Origin: a bacterium
Lineage (GTDB): Bacteria; Patescibacteriota; Minisyncoccia; Phycocordibacterales; PALSA-1337
DNA: 64,000 bases
Assembly (NCBI GenBank): GCA_025355565.1
Contig: JANXZK010000022.1
Location: 3,490 to 67,489 of the forward strand
Direction: 5' to 3'
Shown: piece after piece, positions 35,359 to 46,048 of the stretch
How positions within the stretch are numbered: the first letter of the stretch is position 1
Layout: each line of letters begins with the position of its first letter
Program-made: the position numbers and the translations under genes
Notes under the pieces: model-generated
Told to the model about the DNA's origin: nothing
Databases searched by the model: none
Seen by the model: the letters and a program-made list of their open reading frames with translations, nothing else

Positions 35359-36105
35359 ATGACGACATTTTCCGTAGTCGCGACACCTATAGGGAATCTC
35401 GAAGACATAACGCTTCGTGCCTTGAGTGTATTGAGGGAGGCTGATTTGGTGCTTTGTGAAGATACACGAATGACCAAACGTTTGTTGGATAGACATGATA
35501 TCAAAGTAAAAACCAAGTCGTATCATATGCATAGCGAACTCTCACGTGTTGATGAGATCATTGGAATGTTGAGGACTTCAATAGGTGGTGAGTCAACTGA
35601 CCGATCGACGGAAAAGCTAATAAACAATATCGTTCTCGTCTCGGACGCCGGTACGCCAAGTATTTCAGACCCAGGATCAGAATTGGTGGGTCAGATCAGG
35701 AGGGATCTAGCAAAAGAGATCGAGGAAGGCTCAGTGAAGATAGAGGCCATCCCTGGTCCGTCGGCTCTAACTGCGGCGTTATCGATCGCCGGTGTTCCAT
35801 GCGCGGAGTTTACTTTCCTAGGATTCTTGCCACACAAGAAAGGAAGGCAGACATTGTTCAAAGAGATCGCTGATTCAGAAAGGACAATGGTTTTTTATGA
35901 ATCACCACATAGAATCATGAAAACATTGGGAACACTGAGGGAGCAAGTTGTCAATAATCAGCCAAAACAGATCACAGTATGCCGTGAAATGACGAAGATT
36001 TTCGAAGAATTAGTCAGTGGGACGGCGGAGGAAGTGGAAAAATATTTTATTTCTCATGCTGACAAAGTGAGAGGGGAGTTCGTGGTGATCGTTTCATTGA
36101 AATAA
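35359..36105 (+). CDS. rsmI: 16S rRNA (cytidine1402-2'-O)-methyltransferase
   Basis: VATPIGNLEDIT, CEDTR, VSDAGTP.ISDPG, FYESPHR and REMTK motifs. Confidence 0.96.
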   Translation: MTTFSVVATPIGNLEDITLRALSVLREADLVLCEDTRMTKRLLDRHDIKVKTKSYHMHSELSRVDEIIGMLRTSIGGESTDRSTEKLINNIVLVSDAGTPSISDPGSELVGQIRRDLAKEIEEGSVKIEAIPGPSALTAALSIAGVPCAEFTFLGFLPHKKGRQTLFKEIADSERTMVFYESPHRIMKTLGTLREQVVNNQPKQITVCREMTKIFEELVSGTAEEVEKYFISHADKVRGEFVVIVSLK

Positions 36106-36162
36106 AAGATCGTTAGATTAAAATACCCCCGTCTCAGTTTTTGACCGATGACGAGGGGATGG

Positions 36163-36558
36163 TCACGATGCGTCAGTACGCGCCTCTTCGATCCATTGTT
36201 TGACGCGCTCAGTGTCGTTTAGATCTTGATACAATGTTATTAGCTCATCGAACATCGTCGCTCTCTTCCAGTACTGTGGAAGGCTGCTTCCATTTGCACT
36301 GGGTTTCCTGAGCTCGCGTTCGATGGGTGTCATATGCGAGATGAGGTCGAGTCGCTTTTTCGGAACATCGGTGGATCCCGTATACTTTGTTACCTCGGTA
36401 ATTTTCACGATAGGTATCACTGCAACCAGTCGGATTCGATCGCAGCCAATGAAATGTACGGATTCAATTTGGCCGGCGTAAGTGATAAGTTCAGATTTGC
36501 CAGCATTGACTTCGGTCACCTCTAATAGAAATGAGGTGTATGTGCACGGGCTTGGCAT
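36163..36558 (-). CDS. hypothetical protein
   Basis: 131-aa ORF with strong SD AAAGGAGGT upstream and a hairpin downstream (36126-36158). Confidence 0.55.
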   Translation of the reverse strand: MPSPCTYTSFLLEVTEVNAGKSELITYAGQIESVHFIGCDRIRLVAVIPIVKITEVTKYTGSTDVPKKRLDLISHMTPIERELRKPSANGSSLPQYWKRATMFDELITLYQDLNDTERVKQWIEEARTDAS

Positions 36559-36647
36559 ATATTTTAGCTTACCTCCTTTCTGCCGCTATACTATCATTGT
36601 TGGCGGTCTTCCACAAATCATTGTTTGACTGTACAATGTGAACACTC

Positions 36648-36887
36648 ATGTCTAAACGTCAGGTCATCATGATAGTTAGTGTGATAATCGCTGCCATTCA
36701 ATTTCTCGGTTTTCCTAGTGCGTGGGATAAATTTTTTACTTTTGTTGCAGGTATCGTCATATTAGGAATCGCTTATCGTATGATGCCAAAAGTGAAAACT
36801 CCTGACGCTCGATCATTACCATATATGGATTACAAGAGAGGGGAGACGGCGACTATTACAAACCCAAATACAGAACAAACACAATGA
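36648..36887 (+). CDS. small two-TM membrane protein
   Basis: FLGFP..W motif between two hydrophobic helices; ATGA overlap with the next gene. Confidence 0.7.
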   Translation: MSKRQVIMIVSVIIAAIQFLGFPSAWDKFFTFVAGIVILGIAYRMMPKVKTPDARSLPYMDYKRGETATITNPNTEQTQ

Positions 36888-38074
36888 GAAAATTGTGGAA
36901 TGACACCGGCGCTACACGTATCGTGGCGATCCTACTCGGTGCATGCCTCATCTTTGTCGGTGTTGTTGTCATTTTTTCGATCTTGCCATTGGGAAAAGTT
37001 AAGTATAGATATATACCCGAGACATCGATCGTATCAACAACGACGCCAAAGGAGATCGTCACTCATATGAGGACGCCTGATCCATTGAAAGCGGTATACA
37101 TGAGCAGTTGGGCGGCTGGTAACGAGAAATTTCGTGCACATCTGTTCGATCTCGTTGACACTACTGAAGTGAACGCGGTCGTCATAGATGTCAAGGACTT
37201 CTCTGGCAGGATAAGTTTTCCAGTTGACGATCCGCGACTCATAAAGATCGGTTCTGCGCAAAATCGTATTTCTGATGTAAAGGATTTCATCATGAGATTG
37301 CATGAGAAAAACATCTATGTCATTGCGCGTATCTCGTCATTCCAGGATTCGTTCCTGATAAAAAATCATCCAGAGCTGTCGGTCAAGACGAGATCGGGCG
37401 CAATCTGGCAAGATTACAAGGGCGTGAAATGGTTGGATGCTGGGGCTCAGCCTGTGTGGGATTACTTAGTGGCGATAGGTGAACAGTCGTATGCTCTGGG
37501 CTTCGATGAATTGAATTTTGATTATATCAGGTATCCTTCTGACGGTAATCTCGAAGACATTTCTTACTCCTGGAGTAATGGGAGAACACGTAGAGAAGTG
37601 ATGCACGATTTTTTCTTGTATCTGCGCGAACAACTGGCCTCGACGTCAGTTCCGTTATCTGCTGACCTGTTCGGTCTCACGACGAGTTCCAATGACGATC
37701 TGGGCATCGGTCAAGTCCTTACCGATGCTCTGCCATATTTTGACTATGTGTCGCCGATGGTTTATCCGTCACATTTTTCGACTGGATATCTCGGTTTTGA
37801 GAAACCGGCGATACATCCTTATGATGTCGTAAAGTTCGCGATGATGACAGCAGTGAATCGTGTTATCGCCGCTTCGTCTTCACCGTCAAAACTACGTCCA
37901 TGGCTTCAGGCTTTTGATCTTGGAGCCACTTATACTCCGGCAATGGTTCGTGCACAGATACAGGCGACCAATGATGTCGGATTGTCCAGTTGGATGCTGT
38001 GGGATGCGGCTTGTATCTATGATAAGAATGATTTCGTAGCAAAGGAGGGGAGTAGTACGGCGGAGATTAACTGA
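36884..38074 (+). CDS. putative glycoside hydrolase (DUF4015-like TIM barrel)
   Basis: NAVVIDVKD, GFDELNFDYIRYP, SPMVYPSH and RPWLQAF motifs; N-terminal TM. Confidence 0.85.
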   Translation: MRKLWNDTGATRIVAILLGACLIFVGVVVIFSILPLGKVKYRYIPETSIVSTTTPKEIVTHMRTPDPLKAVYMSSWAAGNEKFRAHLFDLVDTTEVNAVVIDVKDFSGRISFPVDDPRLIKIGSAQNRISDVKDFIMRLHEKNIYVIARISSFQDSFLIKNHPELSVKTRSGAIWQDYKGVKWLDAGAQPVWDYLVAIGEQSYALGFDELNFDYIRYPSDGNLEDISYSWSNGRTRREVMHDFFLYLREQLASTSVPLSADLFGLTTSSNDDLGIGQVLTDALPYFDYVSPMVYPSHFSTGYLGFEKPAIHPYDVVKFAMMTAVNRVIAASSSPSKLRPWLQAFDLGATYTPAMVRAQIQATNDVGLSSWMLWDAACIYDKNDFVAKEGSSTAEIN

Positions 38075-38221
38075 TCTATACATGATTTATACACATCTTG
38101 CGTAATGCCAGATAAGTGGTAGTATTTTGTTTGGATAAATTGTCTTCGCGTAAACCGTTCCAGTCTTTTAGTTCCTCACGGTGTGCGTGATAAATCGTAG
38201 TTCAAAAGAAGAAAACAACAT

Positions 38222-38443
38222 ATGGCAAAAGTAACATTGCTCGACGGAAGTAAGGCAAAGTTGAATGGAGCTCAAGCATCAGTAGTGCTCGGGTCACGTC
38301 GTAGGTTTAAAGACCAGGCTGAACTCGGCGCATTTCTCGGTAAAAACGCCGATCTGATCGATAGTCGTCGTCCAGCTTCGCGCTGGATGATCGTGGCCGC
38401 AGTCCAGCAAAGATCGGCGGTGATGCCTGTCAACACGGCATAA
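38222..38443 (+). CDS. small hypothetical protein
   Basis: 73-aa ORF with an upstream promoter-like TTGCGT...TAGTAT and a downstream terminator. Confidence 0.5.
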   Translation: MAKVTLLDGSKAKLNGAQASVVLGSRRRFKDQAELGAFLGKNADLIDSRRPASRWMIVAAVQQRSAVMPVNTA

Positions 38444-38477
38444 CCGATAGTTGCTTGAAAAGGTTGTTTACTTAATA

Positions 38478-38518
38478 AGGCCCCCACAAACTCGATCTCT
38501 GGAGCTTGTGGGGGTTTT
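38478..38518 (+). terminator. intrinsic terminator
   Basis: cccccacaaactc ... gagcttgtggggg stem followed by a T4 tail. Confidence 0.7.
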
Positions 38519-38581
38519 GATTTATATATGGTACAATATTTCCAAGTTATATAAGTAAAATGTTTGATCATAGCTCATTCC

Positions 38582-40339
38582 ATGGACGAAAATCGCATCA
38601 CATATTTCGCGCAGACTGACGCTCGTAACAAGCGAGTGAAATTTGGCATCAAAGCCAAGGATCGAACTAGACATGTTTATGTGATCGGAAAGACGGGTAT
38701 GGGTAAGTCCACCATGCTCGAGAATATGGCCGTGCAAGACATCCAAAACGGCGAGGGGATGTGTTTTATCGATCCACATGGAAAGACTGCCGACCTCATG
38801 CTCGAATATGTCCCCAAGGAGCGTATCAGAGATGTGATATATATCGCGCCATTCGATATCGAGCACCCGATCTCATTTAATGTGCTCGAATCAGTCGATC
38901 CAGACAAGCGTCATCTAGTGTCATCGGGACTCATGAGTACATTCAAGAAGATCTGGGAGGACGCCTGGTCCGCTCGTATGGAATATATTTTGACCAATAC
39001 TTTGCTCGCCCTCCTCGAATATCCAGGCGCGACATTGCTCGGTGTGAATAGGATGCTTTCGGATAAAGCGTACAGAACAGAAGTCGTGAACAATATCAAG
39101 GACCCTTCCGTAAAAGCCTTTTGGCAAAAAGAATTTGCCAATTATACCGAGAGACAAGCGGCAGAAGCAGTACCAGCTATACAGAACAAAGTCGGTCAAT
39201 TCACCGCAAATCCGCTCATCCGCAACATGATCGGTCAGTCTGAGTCGTCATTTGATTTCCGCGAAGCGATCGATCACAGAAAGATCGTCATCATCAACTT
39301 GTCAAAGGGAAGGATAGGCGATGAGAATATGAAGCTTCTCGGAGGTCTATTGGTGACGAAGATCTATCTCGCCGCTATGTCTCGAGCTGATGTTCCGGAT
39401 AGGACGATGCAGATGTTGCCAAATTTTTACTTATACGTCGACGAGTTTCAAAATTTCGCCAATGCTTCGTTCGCCGATATCCTATCAGAAGCTCGCAAAT
39501 ACAAACTGAATCTGACGATCGCTCATCAGTATGTCGAGCAGATGGATGAGATCGTGCGTCCGGCAGTTTTCGGCAACGTTGGAACGATGATCGCATTTCG
39601 CGTCGGCGCTACGGATGCAGAGCTCATGGAAAAGGAGTTTGCTCCGCAATTCGTCATCGAAGATCTGGTCAACCTCGGTTTCGCGCAAATATATCTGAAA
39701 TTGATGATCGATGGCCTATCATCAGCTCCGTTCTCCGCGACTACGCTGCCACCGATATCGCATCCAGATCATTCATTTGTGAAAGACATCATCGCGGCGT
39801 CACGTGAGCAATTCTCCAGACCTAGAGCGGAAGTGGAGGAGGCGGTAATCAGATTCCACAATCCTGTGGTGGCCAAGACCCGTGAGGAAGTTCCCCCGAA
39901 ACGAATGGTGTCGACTTCTGCTGAAGTTGCACCTCGTTCTCCTTCGGTCCAGAGACACGATTCTGCTGAATCGCCGTCGCTCAGTCCGAAAGTCGTTTCT
40001 GTGGAACCTCCTCACAGGTCTTCCGTTTCAGGATCCGTTAAGCTATCGACTCCAGCACAGCCACCAATCCAAGTATCGACACAGGCAGCAATCCATGCAC
40101 CGGTCCACAAACCTTTTGCGCCAGTCAGTCTTTCAAATCTTGCGCCAAAGGTGGAAGCACGCGTGCCGAAGGTAGATCCGAAAGTGCCGACGAAACAGAA
40201 TGTGAGCGACCTAAAGAATGCATTGGCGGCGGTTATGAAAAAAAGTTCTGCCAAAACGGCTCCAAAAGTTACGCCTTCAAAAGATCATCCAGAAGAGATC
40301 TCTGAGGACGTATTGCGCAACGTTTTGAATGTTGATTAG
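38582..40339 (+). CDS. VirD4/TraD-HerA-like P-loop ATPase (type IV coupling-protein-like)
   Basis: Walker A GKTGMGKS, IDPHG, Walker B YVDEFQ, SEARKY...AHQ and GNVGT motifs; Pro-rich tail. Confidence 0.88.
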   Translation: MDENRITYFAQTDARNKRVKFGIKAKDRTRHVYVIGKTGMGKSTMLENMAVQDIQNGEGMCFIDPHGKTADLMLEYVPKERIRDVIYIAPFDIEHPISFNVLESVDPDKRHLVSSGLMSTFKKIWEDAWSARMEYILTNTLLALLEYPGATLLGVNRMLSDKAYRTEVVNNIKDPSVKAFWQKEFANYTERQAAEAVPAIQNKVGQFTANPLIRNMIGQSESSFDFREAIDHRKIVIINLSKGRIGDENMKLLGGLLVTKIYLAAMSRADVPDRTMQMLPNFYLYVDEFQNFANASFADILSEARKYKLNLTIAHQYVEQMDEIVRPAVFGNVGTMIAFRVGATDAELMEKEFAPQFVIEDLVNLGFAQIYLKLMIDGLSSAPFSATTLPPISHPDHSFVKDIIAASREQFSRPRAEVEEAVIRFHNPVVAKTREEVPPKRMVSTSAEVAPRSPSVQRHDSAESPSLSPKVVSVEPPHRSSVSGSVKLSTPAQPPIQVSTQAAIHAPVHKPFAPVSLSNLAPKVEARVPKVDPKVPTKQNVSDLKNALAAVMKKSSAKTAPKVTPSKDHPEEISEDVLRNVLNVD

Positions 40340-40382
40340 TTTGAGAGGACAGGTGTGAGAGATTATGATCGATCTCTGCTAC

Positions 40383-41204
40383 TCAAGTGCGTATATAAAC
40401 AAACAAGATCCGTAGATATGCCTTGGCTATTCCAAGCATAGGTCTCGGATATTTTTGACTGTTCTTGCGTACGATCTCTAGGATCTCGCGCGCGACAGTG
40501 AGCCGTTTCTTTTTTGTTATATTTTCACCGTGAATCCTATATCCTGATAATACCTGCGGAATATTGGTGAACTTATGCTTATTGCCGATCTTTAGCCATA
40601 GATCATAATCATCGCATATCTTGTATTCCGTCGAATAACCCTGAGCTTCGAGCGCAGCGGATTTGCGATATAACAATGTCGATTGCGCGAATGGGTTGTA
40701 TTGCAGGATGATGTTTCGGATAAGCGAATCATAGATAGGGAATAGGACTTTTTTCAACGGCTTTGAATCGATGTCGATATGCATGATGCCCCCGCCTAGC
40801 ATGGCGTAATCGGGATTTTCATCGAGGAACTCCACCTGTTTTCGGAGCTTTTCTCTGTCGAGCCAGACGTCGTCAGAGTCTAGTGGAGCTATGTAAGGGG
40901 CGCGAGCGAGGGAGAGGGCTCTGTTTCGTGTTGCGGCGATGCCGAGATTCTTTTCATTCTTGATGATGCGGATCCTCGGGTCATGTCCAAATCCACTGGC
41001 CTTTTCCGTCGTTTTGTCGGTCGATCCATCGTCTATGATGATGAGCTCGTAGTCTTCAAATGATTGGGCCAGTACGCTGCGGATGCTCTCCGCGATGAAT
41101 CTCTCGCGGTTGTAGGCGGGCATGATGACGGAGACTTTGGGTGTGTGAGTGTTGCTCGCACCCTTCCGTTTCTCGCTATTTGATTGGTGATTTTGTGTGG
41201 GCAT
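40383..41204 (-). CDS. glycosyltransferase family 2
   Basis: VSVIMPAYN, IIDDGSTD, LDSDD and DDYDLW motifs. Confidence 0.92.
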   Translation of the reverse strand: MPTQNHQSNSEKRKGASNTHTPKVSVIMPAYNRERFIAESIRSVLAQSFEDYELIIIDDGSTDKTTEKASGFGHDPRIRIIKNEKNLGIAATRNRALSLARAPYIAPLDSDDVWLDREKLRKQVEFLDENPDYAMLGGGIMHIDIDSKPLKKVLFPIYDSLIRNIILQYNPFAQSTLLYRKSAALEAQGYSTEYKICDDYDLWLKIGNKHKFTNIPQVLSGYRIHGENITKKKRLTVAREILEIVRKNSQKYPRPMLGIAKAYLRILFVYIRT

Positions 41205-41261
41205 GGGAGTTTGGTCGGTTGCCAAGATTCTTTTGTTGGCACATGTGGATGTAGCATTGAT

Positions 41262-42149
41262 CTATAGACGTATCCATGAATTAGGAATGATGTCACGGTA
41301 ATTTCTTTCGTCTTTCTGTGTCCATCTTTTTGGAGCTATCACAATCTTATCACTTTTTTTGTCGAGCCAAGCACCCCACCAGCTGAATGATGAATTGGCA
41401 ATGATGTGGTGGTTGCATAGACTCATGAGATACATTTCCTCGTAGTCAGGGATCAGAGGGGATGAAACATAAGTAGTGGGGTATTGAAACAGCATATTTT
41501 CCATTACCCAATCAATGTCATCGGAAAAAACAAATAGGTGAATGCCCGTGCCGATCTTTGAAGTGATATATTCGATAGCTTTGGAATAGTAGTCAGCATC
41601 ACATGTCCCATGATATTGATTGGTATTCAGGTCGGAAACATAATCGCCTCGGCGGACGTGCAGTGAGACACTGTGATCTGTTTTATTTATCAATCCGCTC
41701 ATATTCAGAGTTTTGGCGCTGAATGGAACGATAATTTTTAGATCATTCCGAATCTGCTGTTCCTTATCCATAAAATATTTTTGTGTTTGAAAGAATCCAT
41801 CGAGATACAGGTCTTTTCTTTTTGTGGCAAATATTTCTTCATTGAATCCGATATTGTATTGATGAAAGGATTTCGCTCTAACGAATCTCAATCCCTTTGA
41901 AATAATGCCGTATGGATATTTGGAGGCTCTGATCTCCTCTGGGGTCGCAATATCTGCCTTTATGTTAAATGTAGATAGGGAATAATGTCGCATGGTGTCG
42001 ATGCCGTTATGTTCTCCATAGCCTGCGACGTCCAATTTTAGTTGCGTAGCGCTGCCATTCTGATCTTTTTGTCGCAGCGAGAGTGCCCTTCCTGTCGCGT
42101 ACTGGAAGATTTGATTACCAAGACCGCCTTTCAGGTTTATTATGATCAT
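41262..42149 (-). CDS. GT11 alpha-1,2-fucosyltransferase-like
   Basis: GGLGNQIFQY, HVRRGDY, FSDD and NSSFSWWGAW motifs. Confidence 0.93.
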   Translation of the reverse strand: MIIINLKGGLGNQIFQYATGRALSLRQKDQNGSATQLKLDVAGYGEHNGIDTMRHYSLSTFNIKADIATPEEIRASKYPYGIISKGLRFVRAKSFHQYNIGFNEEIFATKRKDLYLDGFFQTQKYFMDKEQQIRNDLKIIVPFSAKTLNMSGLINKTDHSVSLHVRRGDYVSDLNTNQYHGTCDADYYSKAIEYITSKIGTGIHLFVFSDDIDWVMENMLFQYPTTYVSSPLIPDYEEMYLMSLCNHHIIANSSFSWWGAWLDKKSDKIVIAPKRWTQKDERNYRDIIPNSWIRL

Positions 42150-42152
42150 AGA

Positions 42153-43055
42153 TTATTGTAATAAATCTTTGACTAGATTTAATTTTTCTCTTGGCAAAAA
42201 GAGTATGTTTGTGTATGTATAAGAGGATTTTATATCGCATCTTTCTATGAAACCAGAATCAGACATATTGTATGACTCATAGTTCGCTTTGAGTAATAGG
42301 TCAGATGATATTTTTCTGTTTTCTGACCATTTATCGTCACCGGCCATTTCCAGTGTTATGAGAGGTCGTGACGTTTTCAGTGTTTCTTTCAGGCCTGCAA
42401 TGATCTTGTATTCCAGTCCTTCTGCATCTAATTTTATAAAATCCGGTGTTATCGAGCGCTGTTTGAAGAATTCGTCGAGCCTGATGGTTTTGGCGACGAT
42501 CTTTTTCGGTTCAAAATTTAATATCGTGCCTTCTTTGCTAGCACTGTTGTATGCTCCATATCCAGGGCCATAATCAGAAAATGAAGTTTCACCATCTTGA
42601 TCGGATGCTGCAATGTTGAAAGTGTAAACGTTGTGCTTATCTTTTATATTTTCTTTGAGTAGCTCATAGGTCCATGGCGTCGGCTCGAATGCGCAGACTT
42701 TTCCTATATTTCCCGTGAGATTGCTAGCCAGCATGGAATAGAAACCTATGTGGGCGCCAACATCAATAAAGGTTGATCCTTCTTTAAGGTACCGTAATAA
42801 GAATGCTGCCAGGTTGGCCTCGCAGTAGCCATAATAATAAAAAGTATTTGCTTCAGGCAAATAGCCTATCATCTTGTCTCCCCAAAGTGTTGCGAAAGTG
42901 ATTTTGTAAGGTTTGAGGTGGCTCGCGGCTGCTAGAATATAATATGGGAGCGTACGAAAAGGTTTTCTTAGCAACCTCGAGATTCGATTCATAGATCGGA
43001 GTTTTTCATTGCAGAATATCTCATTAAGTATGTTATTTTTCTGTATATGATCCAT
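42153..43055 (-). CDS. FkbM-family methyltransferase
   Basis: DVGAHIG, AFEP, RLD and IKLDAEG motifs. Confidence 0.9.
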   Translation of the reverse strand: MDHIQKNNILNEIFCNEKLRSMNRISRLLRKPFRTLPYYILAAASHLKPYKITFATLWGDKMIGYLPEANTFYYYGYCEANLAAFLLRYLKEGSTFIDVGAHIGFYSMLASNLTGNIGKVCAFEPTPWTYELLKENIKDKHNVYTFNIAASDQDGETSFSDYGPGYGAYNSASKEGTILNFEPKKIVAKTIRLDEFFKQRSITPDFIKLDAEGLEYKIIAGLKETLKTSRPLITLEMAGDDKWSENRKISSDLLLKANYESYNMSDSGFIERCDIKSSYTYTNILFLPREKLNLVKDLLQ

Positions 43056-43067
43056 TATATTTGAATA

Positions 43068-44102
43068 TTATATCTTATCAATACTTGGTTTTTGTTGATT
43101 GCTGATAGTATCATAAAAATAGGTATTAAGAATATGTTCGGAGGTCGACTTTTTATTATTCAGATTGGCATATATGTTTATCCATTCAAGAAAAGACATC
43201 TCTTGGTCATTTCTTATAACCTTATATTCCAAACGGCGATATTCACGCTCTCGTGCATATTTATGCCAATAAATATCAATGCTTTGTGAATCAAAAATGC
43301 AAAAAAATTTGCTATAACAGTACCAGCTATCGGCAATAGTCCACGACATTTCATGCCCGATATTTTCAAGATAGTTTGCGGATAGGTATACCTCGGCAAG
43401 CCTAGCTTTGGACCAATCGCCAACAGTTTTGTTCGGAGGGTAAATTTCTCGAATATCTTGATCGATCTCCCAATATTTGATCACATCATCAGTTCGGCCA
43501 AACATTACCTGATCTGTCAGACTGTATGGACGATATTTGAATGTATTTAAGCTTGGGAAGGCGAGTCTCATCTTCTGTCTTGGATTATCTGATGGAAAAA
43601 CTTTGATAAGATTTACCAAGAAGTCTATAGCATTTGGATTGTATATTCGCAGATCAGTTCTCGTTTTAAGAATGAAATCAAAATCGAGTTCCTTTGCTCT
43701 TTTGGTAGCACTGAGGGTGGATGTAACCTGGTAATTAATATTAGCAATACCAGGCCGCGGAGGTTTCATGTTTAATATTATTTCGATATTTTCACATCGA
43801 ATTTTTCGTAAATATTCCGGATCCTCATCATCCCATGTCGATAGTAGTATTTTACAGTTAGAATATATTTTTTTATAAAGTCTGATCGTTTCCAGGGTGA
43901 ACTGATCTTTTCTGAGAAGTGGCCCCTGGATGATGATCAACACCTTGGGATGTACTATTAATGAATCTGCCACCGAGTTATTTTCTGATGCCAATTTTGG
44001 TCTTAGATGATAAGTAAAGTATTTGTTAGATATATATTCTATGAGATTTAGTGCAGCGACTCTGCAGTTTATAGATTTTATACATGTTCTGATATTATTC
44101 AT
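43068..44102 (-). CDS. WavE-like polysaccharide biosynthesis protein
   Basis: IIIQGP, ILLSTW, NINYQ..ST..A, LKTRTD and D..MFG motifs. Confidence 0.75.
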   Translation of the reverse strand: MNNIRTCIKSINCRVAALNLIEYISNKYFTYHLRPKLASENNSVADSLIVHPKVLIIIQGPLLRKDQFTLETIRLYKKIYSNCKILLSTWDDEDPEYLRKIRCENIEIILNMKPPRPGIANINYQVTSTLSATKRAKELDFDFILKTRTDLRIYNPNAIDFLVNLIKVFPSDNPRQKMRLAFPSLNTFKYRPYSLTDQVMFGRTDDVIKYWEIDQDIREIYPPNKTVGDWSKARLAEVYLSANYLENIGHEMSWTIADSWYCYSKFFCIFDSQSIDIYWHKYAREREYRRLEYKVIRNDQEMSFLEWINIYANLNNKKSTSEHILNTYFYDTISNQQKPSIDKI

Positions 44103-44956
44103 ATTTTTGTTATGAGCTGTTTCAGTAAATTGGGGTAATCTGTGCATATCGCATCTGGTTTAAGCAATAATATATTATCTATTCTTTTTCTGAGTTTAGC
44201 AAAGTCTCGAGCGTCCTGGTGAGATTCGTTTTTCAGAAGTCCTGGAGAAGATCCGTGAAGTTCAGGACTGACAATGGCGATTTTCAATTGCTTATCGCGT
44301 AACCTTTCGATAGTATTGAAGGTATATAATTCTTTTGTTCCGCCGTCAATATCCGATCTGTCCCATTCGTCTAACCAAACCCAGTTGAACAATTGGTCAA
44401 ATTGTAATACATCATCAACGGACATCAGAGTTCCACCTACAGCCGCATTGTATCTAAATATGTCATACTTGTGCGCTACCGAAGGGGCTAGGCAAATTGT
44501 TGGTAGGCGTTGTTTTAAATAAATGGCTGTTTCAGGTATCAGATCGAAAATGACCAATCTACTGAGTGTCTGCGGTTGTGTCTCCAAGGAGGATATTAAT
44601 ATGTTAAGATGTTTTTCATTTTGAAACTTACTTTTGAGATGCAACGCATTCAGAGGAGAAGTGCTTCTGAGAATCAACGCCAATAACTCTTCTAAATCGC
44701 AAAAATGTCCTTTCGGTAGATTAATATCTCGTATTTCTTTTGAGGTCATCTCAGAAAGCCTTTTTTGACCTACTTGTGGCACAAATCTTTTCAAGTTATC
44801 ATCATGGAATGTTATAAGCTTATCATCTTTTGAGATAATAATATCAAATTCTATTCCAAAACCCCTCGCAAGTTGATCAGAGAATGCCTCTATAGTACTT
44901 TCAGTAAAAAAAGACACATTCTCTGGTTCTAAACCTCGATGAGTCAGAATCTGCAT
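44099..44956 (-). CDS. glycerophosphodiester phosphodiesterase-like protein
   Basis: THRGL, GIEFDI, FHD, VSPELH and AICTDYP motifs. Confidence 0.8.
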   Translation of the reverse strand: MQILTHRGLEPENVSFFTESTIEAFSDQLARGFGIEFDIIISKDDKLITFHDDNLKRFVPQVGQKRLSEMTSKEIRDINLPKGHFCDLEELLALILRSTSPLNALHLKSKFQNEKHLNILISSLETQPQTLSRLVIFDLIPETAIYLKQRLPTICLAPSVAHKYDIFRYNAAVGGTLMSVDDVLQFDQLFNWVWLDEWDRSDIDGGTKELYTFNTIERLRDKQLKIAIVSPELHGSSPGLLKNESHQDARDFAKLRKRIDNILLLKPDAICTDYPNLLKQLITKI

Positions 44957-44962
44957 GTAAAT

Positions 44963-45709
44963 TTATATCTTAATCTTACCTACTTCAAGTTTATTGACGA
45001 ATGCTTTCAGATCTTCTGGTGTTCCTAGACCATGCATCTTGCTGATTTCGATATCGTATATACCAACATTCTTGTTGTTTAATATCAGCTCATTATAAGT
45101 CGGACACACATAAAACTCGTTATTAAAACGGATATTTTTTTCGATCATGTTCTGGGCACTTTGCACGAAATCTGACCCTTTCTTATAATAGTATATGCCG
45201 ACTGTGGCTTTGTCAGATATAACCTTCTTCTCCGCAACTTCGATAACTAATCCTTTAGCGTCGATACGGGCGTAACTCCATTTCGGGTGAGAAGAGGGGA
45301 ATGTCATTATCAGCCCGTCACAGCTCTTTTGTTGTCCATGTTTAATGAATGCGTCTATGTTGGTTTCGACGAACTGGTCCGAGTTTGCGATCAGCAGATC
45401 GTTATCGTCGTTGATGAATCTCATCGCAGTCAAAACAGTACAGGCCGCTCCTTCCGTTATTCCATCGATCTGGATGACTTCAAACTTGTTACGCGTAGCG
45501 TTTTTTAGGACATTGAAAAAATCATACTTGTCATAATGTTCTTTTTGGCAAATGAAGATGAATCTGTGGTTGCATTTTGGTCGCAGATTGTTCACGACCA
45601 CCTCTATCATTGTCTTACTTTTGATCTCGATCAGTGGTTTAGGAAATGCATAACCAGCATCCTTGAACCTCGAACCTCTGCCTGCCATAGGAATTACTAT
45701 ATTTAACAT
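44963..45709 (-). CDS. nucleotidyltransferase (NTP-transferase-like)
   Basis: IPMAGRGSRF...PKPLI, TEGAACT, NSDQ, AEK and LGTPEDL motifs. Confidence 0.88.
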   Translation of the reverse strand: MLNIVIPMAGRGSRFKDAGYAFPKPLIEIKSKTMIEVVVNNLRPKCNHRFIFICQKEHYDKYDFFNVLKNATRNKFEVIQIDGITEGAACTVLTAMRFINDDNDLLIANSDQFVETNIDAFIKHGQQKSCDGLIMTFPSSHPKWSYARIDAKGLVIEVAEKKVISDKATVGIYYYKKGSDFVQSAQNMIEKNIRFNNEFYVCPTYNELILNNKNVGIYDIEISKMHGLGTPEDLKAFVNKLEVGKIKI

Positions 45710-45721
45710 GTTAGTTTGATA

Positions 45722-46045
45722 TTATTGGATAATGTATTTATCATTCCTGGCAGATGGGGTCTTGATCACGGCGGTGTAGCCAGATTCGAGGCATTTGAAT
45801 TTAGATGATTCGCCTGGTTCGAGTAGTACGATATCTCCCTCGGATAATACGTCACTGTTCATATAGAATTTTCCAGTAATTATGACCGAGATCTCTTTTG
45901 CAATAGCGTGATAATGCCGTTCTTCTTCATCTCCAGTCTGATATTTCTTTATGCCAAATTCGAATTTATCTGTTTTCAATACACTGGGTTCAAAATCACC
46001 TACTAACCAGCCTCTAGTAAAGTCCTTTAATCGTTGTATTTTCAT
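45722..46045 (-). CDS. cupin-domain protein
   Basis: GWLVGDFEP, HYH...E and GDIVLLEPGE motifs. Confidence 0.8.
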   Translation of the reverse strand: MKIQRLKDFTRGWLVGDFEPSVLKTDKFEFGIKKYQTGDEEERHYHAIAKEISVIITGKFYMNSDVLSEGDIVLLEPGESSKFKCLESGYTAVIKTPSARNDKYIIQ

Positions 46046-46048
46046 ATA

